A DNA stretch of 63,544 nt, the filler included, from Octopus bimaculoides (Eukaryota): NCBI RefSeq assembly GCF_001194135.2. It is 5 parts of 4 records of this genome, joined end to end, with 100 filler letters (N's around TTAATTAATTAA, not from the genome) between each part and the next. Parts side by side here need not be neighbours in the genome. Positions count along the whole stretch, not along the records: positions 38,293 to 63,544 come from NC_068988.1; 4 more parts are not named here. One strand, given 5' to 3'. Of the stretch, positions 61,546 through 63,544 are shown piece after piece. Under the pieces are notes generated by a model that saw nothing but the letters and a program-made list of their open reading frames with translations, did no database searches and was not told the DNA's origin. Position numbers and translations under genes: made by a program. The first letter of the stretch is position 1. Every line of letters starts with the position of its first letter.

Positions 61546-63363
61546 GTGGGAATATAGAACTGTATGACTCATTGTTATAAAACAAAGAACTGTGAGCGAT
61601 TGGCAGTTCGGGTTGGTAAGCAGTTCACTGTGAGCCGTGATTGAGAGCATTGAGTCTCGTGTAATAGTAAAAGTAGTACGTCGTGTGAATACTTTCTATT
61701 CCTCTTGTTTTGTTAAATTATATATTCATTACAAGGATACAAAAGTCATGAAGAAAATATCTCGCTGTAGACAATCAGACAAATATATATACTGTGATTT
61801 TAAACGCAGCACGTCCATAAGAAATATTATCTCAGGATGAATACCGCAGTAAATGTGCTTTTCACAATGTATTTACATTAAGTATGATAAAGAGGTGGCT
61901 ATTTTAATCTAATATTATTGCTGCATAATATTGAGGAATTGCCTCTTGTACTTGTTCAGAAGTGTGTGGAACTGCACTGTCGTTTACTCCTGGATGTCCA
62001 CAACAATCTGTTCCACTGTTATCATTACGGATGGTCCTTCGGATCGTTCTTTGTTACCTTCATTTCTCTCCTCCACTGAATATAGAACATCTTTCCGCCA
62101 CTGTCATATGTAGTCAAGAGGAGAAATAGTTTGCATTCACAGTTTCCACACGCACCTCTTTACAAACGATTCTTGCTGATGGTATTATAACAGACAAATT
62201 CTGTGAGATTCACGAAATCTGAGGATTCGATCAGCTATAACTAAGATTTTTCAGGCGAAAATCTTAGATTTTCGCACAGTCTGTACATACATATCTTAAA
62301 GAGGGAGAAGTGCGCATACCAAAAGAGATTTAACTAGCAGTGTGTAGGGGTATGAGACCCTCACATTGTTTTCTGATGAAGGTTTTTCATTTTGCCCACA
62401 AGAAACTTTCTCGGCATTTTTGTTTATTGTAGTGCTTCTTTTCTTGCAGCAGTTACTTTCTTAGTATCTTCGTCTTTACAGAAACTTTTCACGTTGATCT
62501 CAGTGCATGTATCTGGAATTTCGAACCAGATCATACCAGATGAAAATATGGAACATGAAATAACATCAAGAATTATTCCTGAGAGTTTACGTCAAAATGT
62601 ACAAGTGGGTAGGGTGTTGAGCTAAACATTCTTGAGCCGTTTCCTTGAGTTGAACACTTCATTTTTCGTAGCTCCAGTCCACTCAGCTGTAAAATGAGTA
62701 ACCCTGCGACAGACTGGCGTCCCGTTCTGGGGGAATATTATGACCTCAGTCATTTGCATGCCCTAAAAGTACTAGGACTCGAGACAATAATTGATGATAA
62801 TGATAATGATGATGATGAAGCTGATGTCGTAATGATTTAATCCCGTTGTAATAATAATAAATGCAACGGAGCCCCATGTGACGGTGCTGCAGTCTTTGGC
62901 TAATAGCAGCCTAATCTAGCTAAGCCATAAAATTGCAATATCTTTCAACATTATTGTTTAATATATTCTAAACGATTGTTTTCTATAATTTTTCATAGAA
63001 CGTTAGAAATGTTGGTTTTGACGATCTCAAAATGGCGTTAAACACGATGAAATAACGAGAAAAAGCATCAGTGATGCTTTCTTTTTCGGCAGGATCTTAA
63101 AAGAAGACTTGAGTTCTCTTATTCGATGCAAATGTCACAGAGACTCATATATTATTTTTATAGAGGCAGAGGTGTTTAGGTGGTATTGTGTGGTGGAGTT
63201 GAAAACAAACTGGGACACGTATACCAATGCTGCGATTTCATGGATAATTCGTGAATATTTTTTCTGAAAATTTTAATTGTGATATGTAAGTATGTATGTG
63301 TATATATAGACCGTTAAACTTACAATTTTTTTACATTCTCTCTTTGTCTATTTTCTCTTTTTC

Positions 63364-63399
63364 CTTTCTGTTGAAGAGCGTAAGCTCGAAACGTAAAAG
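63364..63399 (+). ncRNA. Minimal type-I hammerhead ribozyme-like motif
   Basis: CTTT-CTGTTGA-A-GAGC(GTAA)GCTC-GAAAC-GTA-AAAG; GUA triplet. Confidence 0.62.
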
Positions 63400-63544
63400 A
63401 CTTTTTCATTTTCCCGAGCGTCAAACTAATACACCTGCTTGTTGTACACACACCTGTCTTCGTCTTTTGGTTTTCTATAAATTTCAACTATATATATATA
63501 TGTATGTATATATGTATATATATATACATATATATATATATATA

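Noticed and set aside
62373-62410. CTGATGA...GAAAC possible hammerhead
   Set aside because: No convincing helix II adjacent to GAAA and no helix I or NUH triplet.

Overview
AT-rich, repeat-dense animal genomic DNA. The SINE/LINE/microsatellite landscape looks like an octopod cephalopod; this is my inference, not a database result. The draft assembly has many N gaps, including four standardized 100-bp spacers (N44-TTAATTAATTAA-N44). Two host genes are supported. (1) The first coding exon of VTA1 (ESCRT/Vps4 cofactor) lies on the minus strand at 4863-4971. (2) A 13-exon DEAD-box helicase DDX24/MAK5 lies on the plus strand at 38758-53366; all helicase motifs and consistent intron phases are present, but the N-terminal exon(s) were not found. 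The rest is mostly mobile DNA: tRNA-derived SINEs, R4/Dong-type RLE LINE fragments sitting in (TAA)n tracts, RTE and CR1 LINE pieces, a Penelope-like GIY-YIG remnant, an intron-containing DD34E Tc1 element with ~157-bp TIRs, a DD41D-like mariner derivative, several MITEs and Helitron/Helentron pieces. Most notable: two families of minimal type-I hammerhead-ribozyme-like motifs (one with a consistent CUGUUGA core variant), two long fold-back structures, a twin-priming-type 5' inversion in an RLE LINE, and a tandemly duplicated in-frame splice acceptor in DDX24. No prokaryotic systems, CRISPR arrays, rRNA or bona fide tRNA genes were seen.
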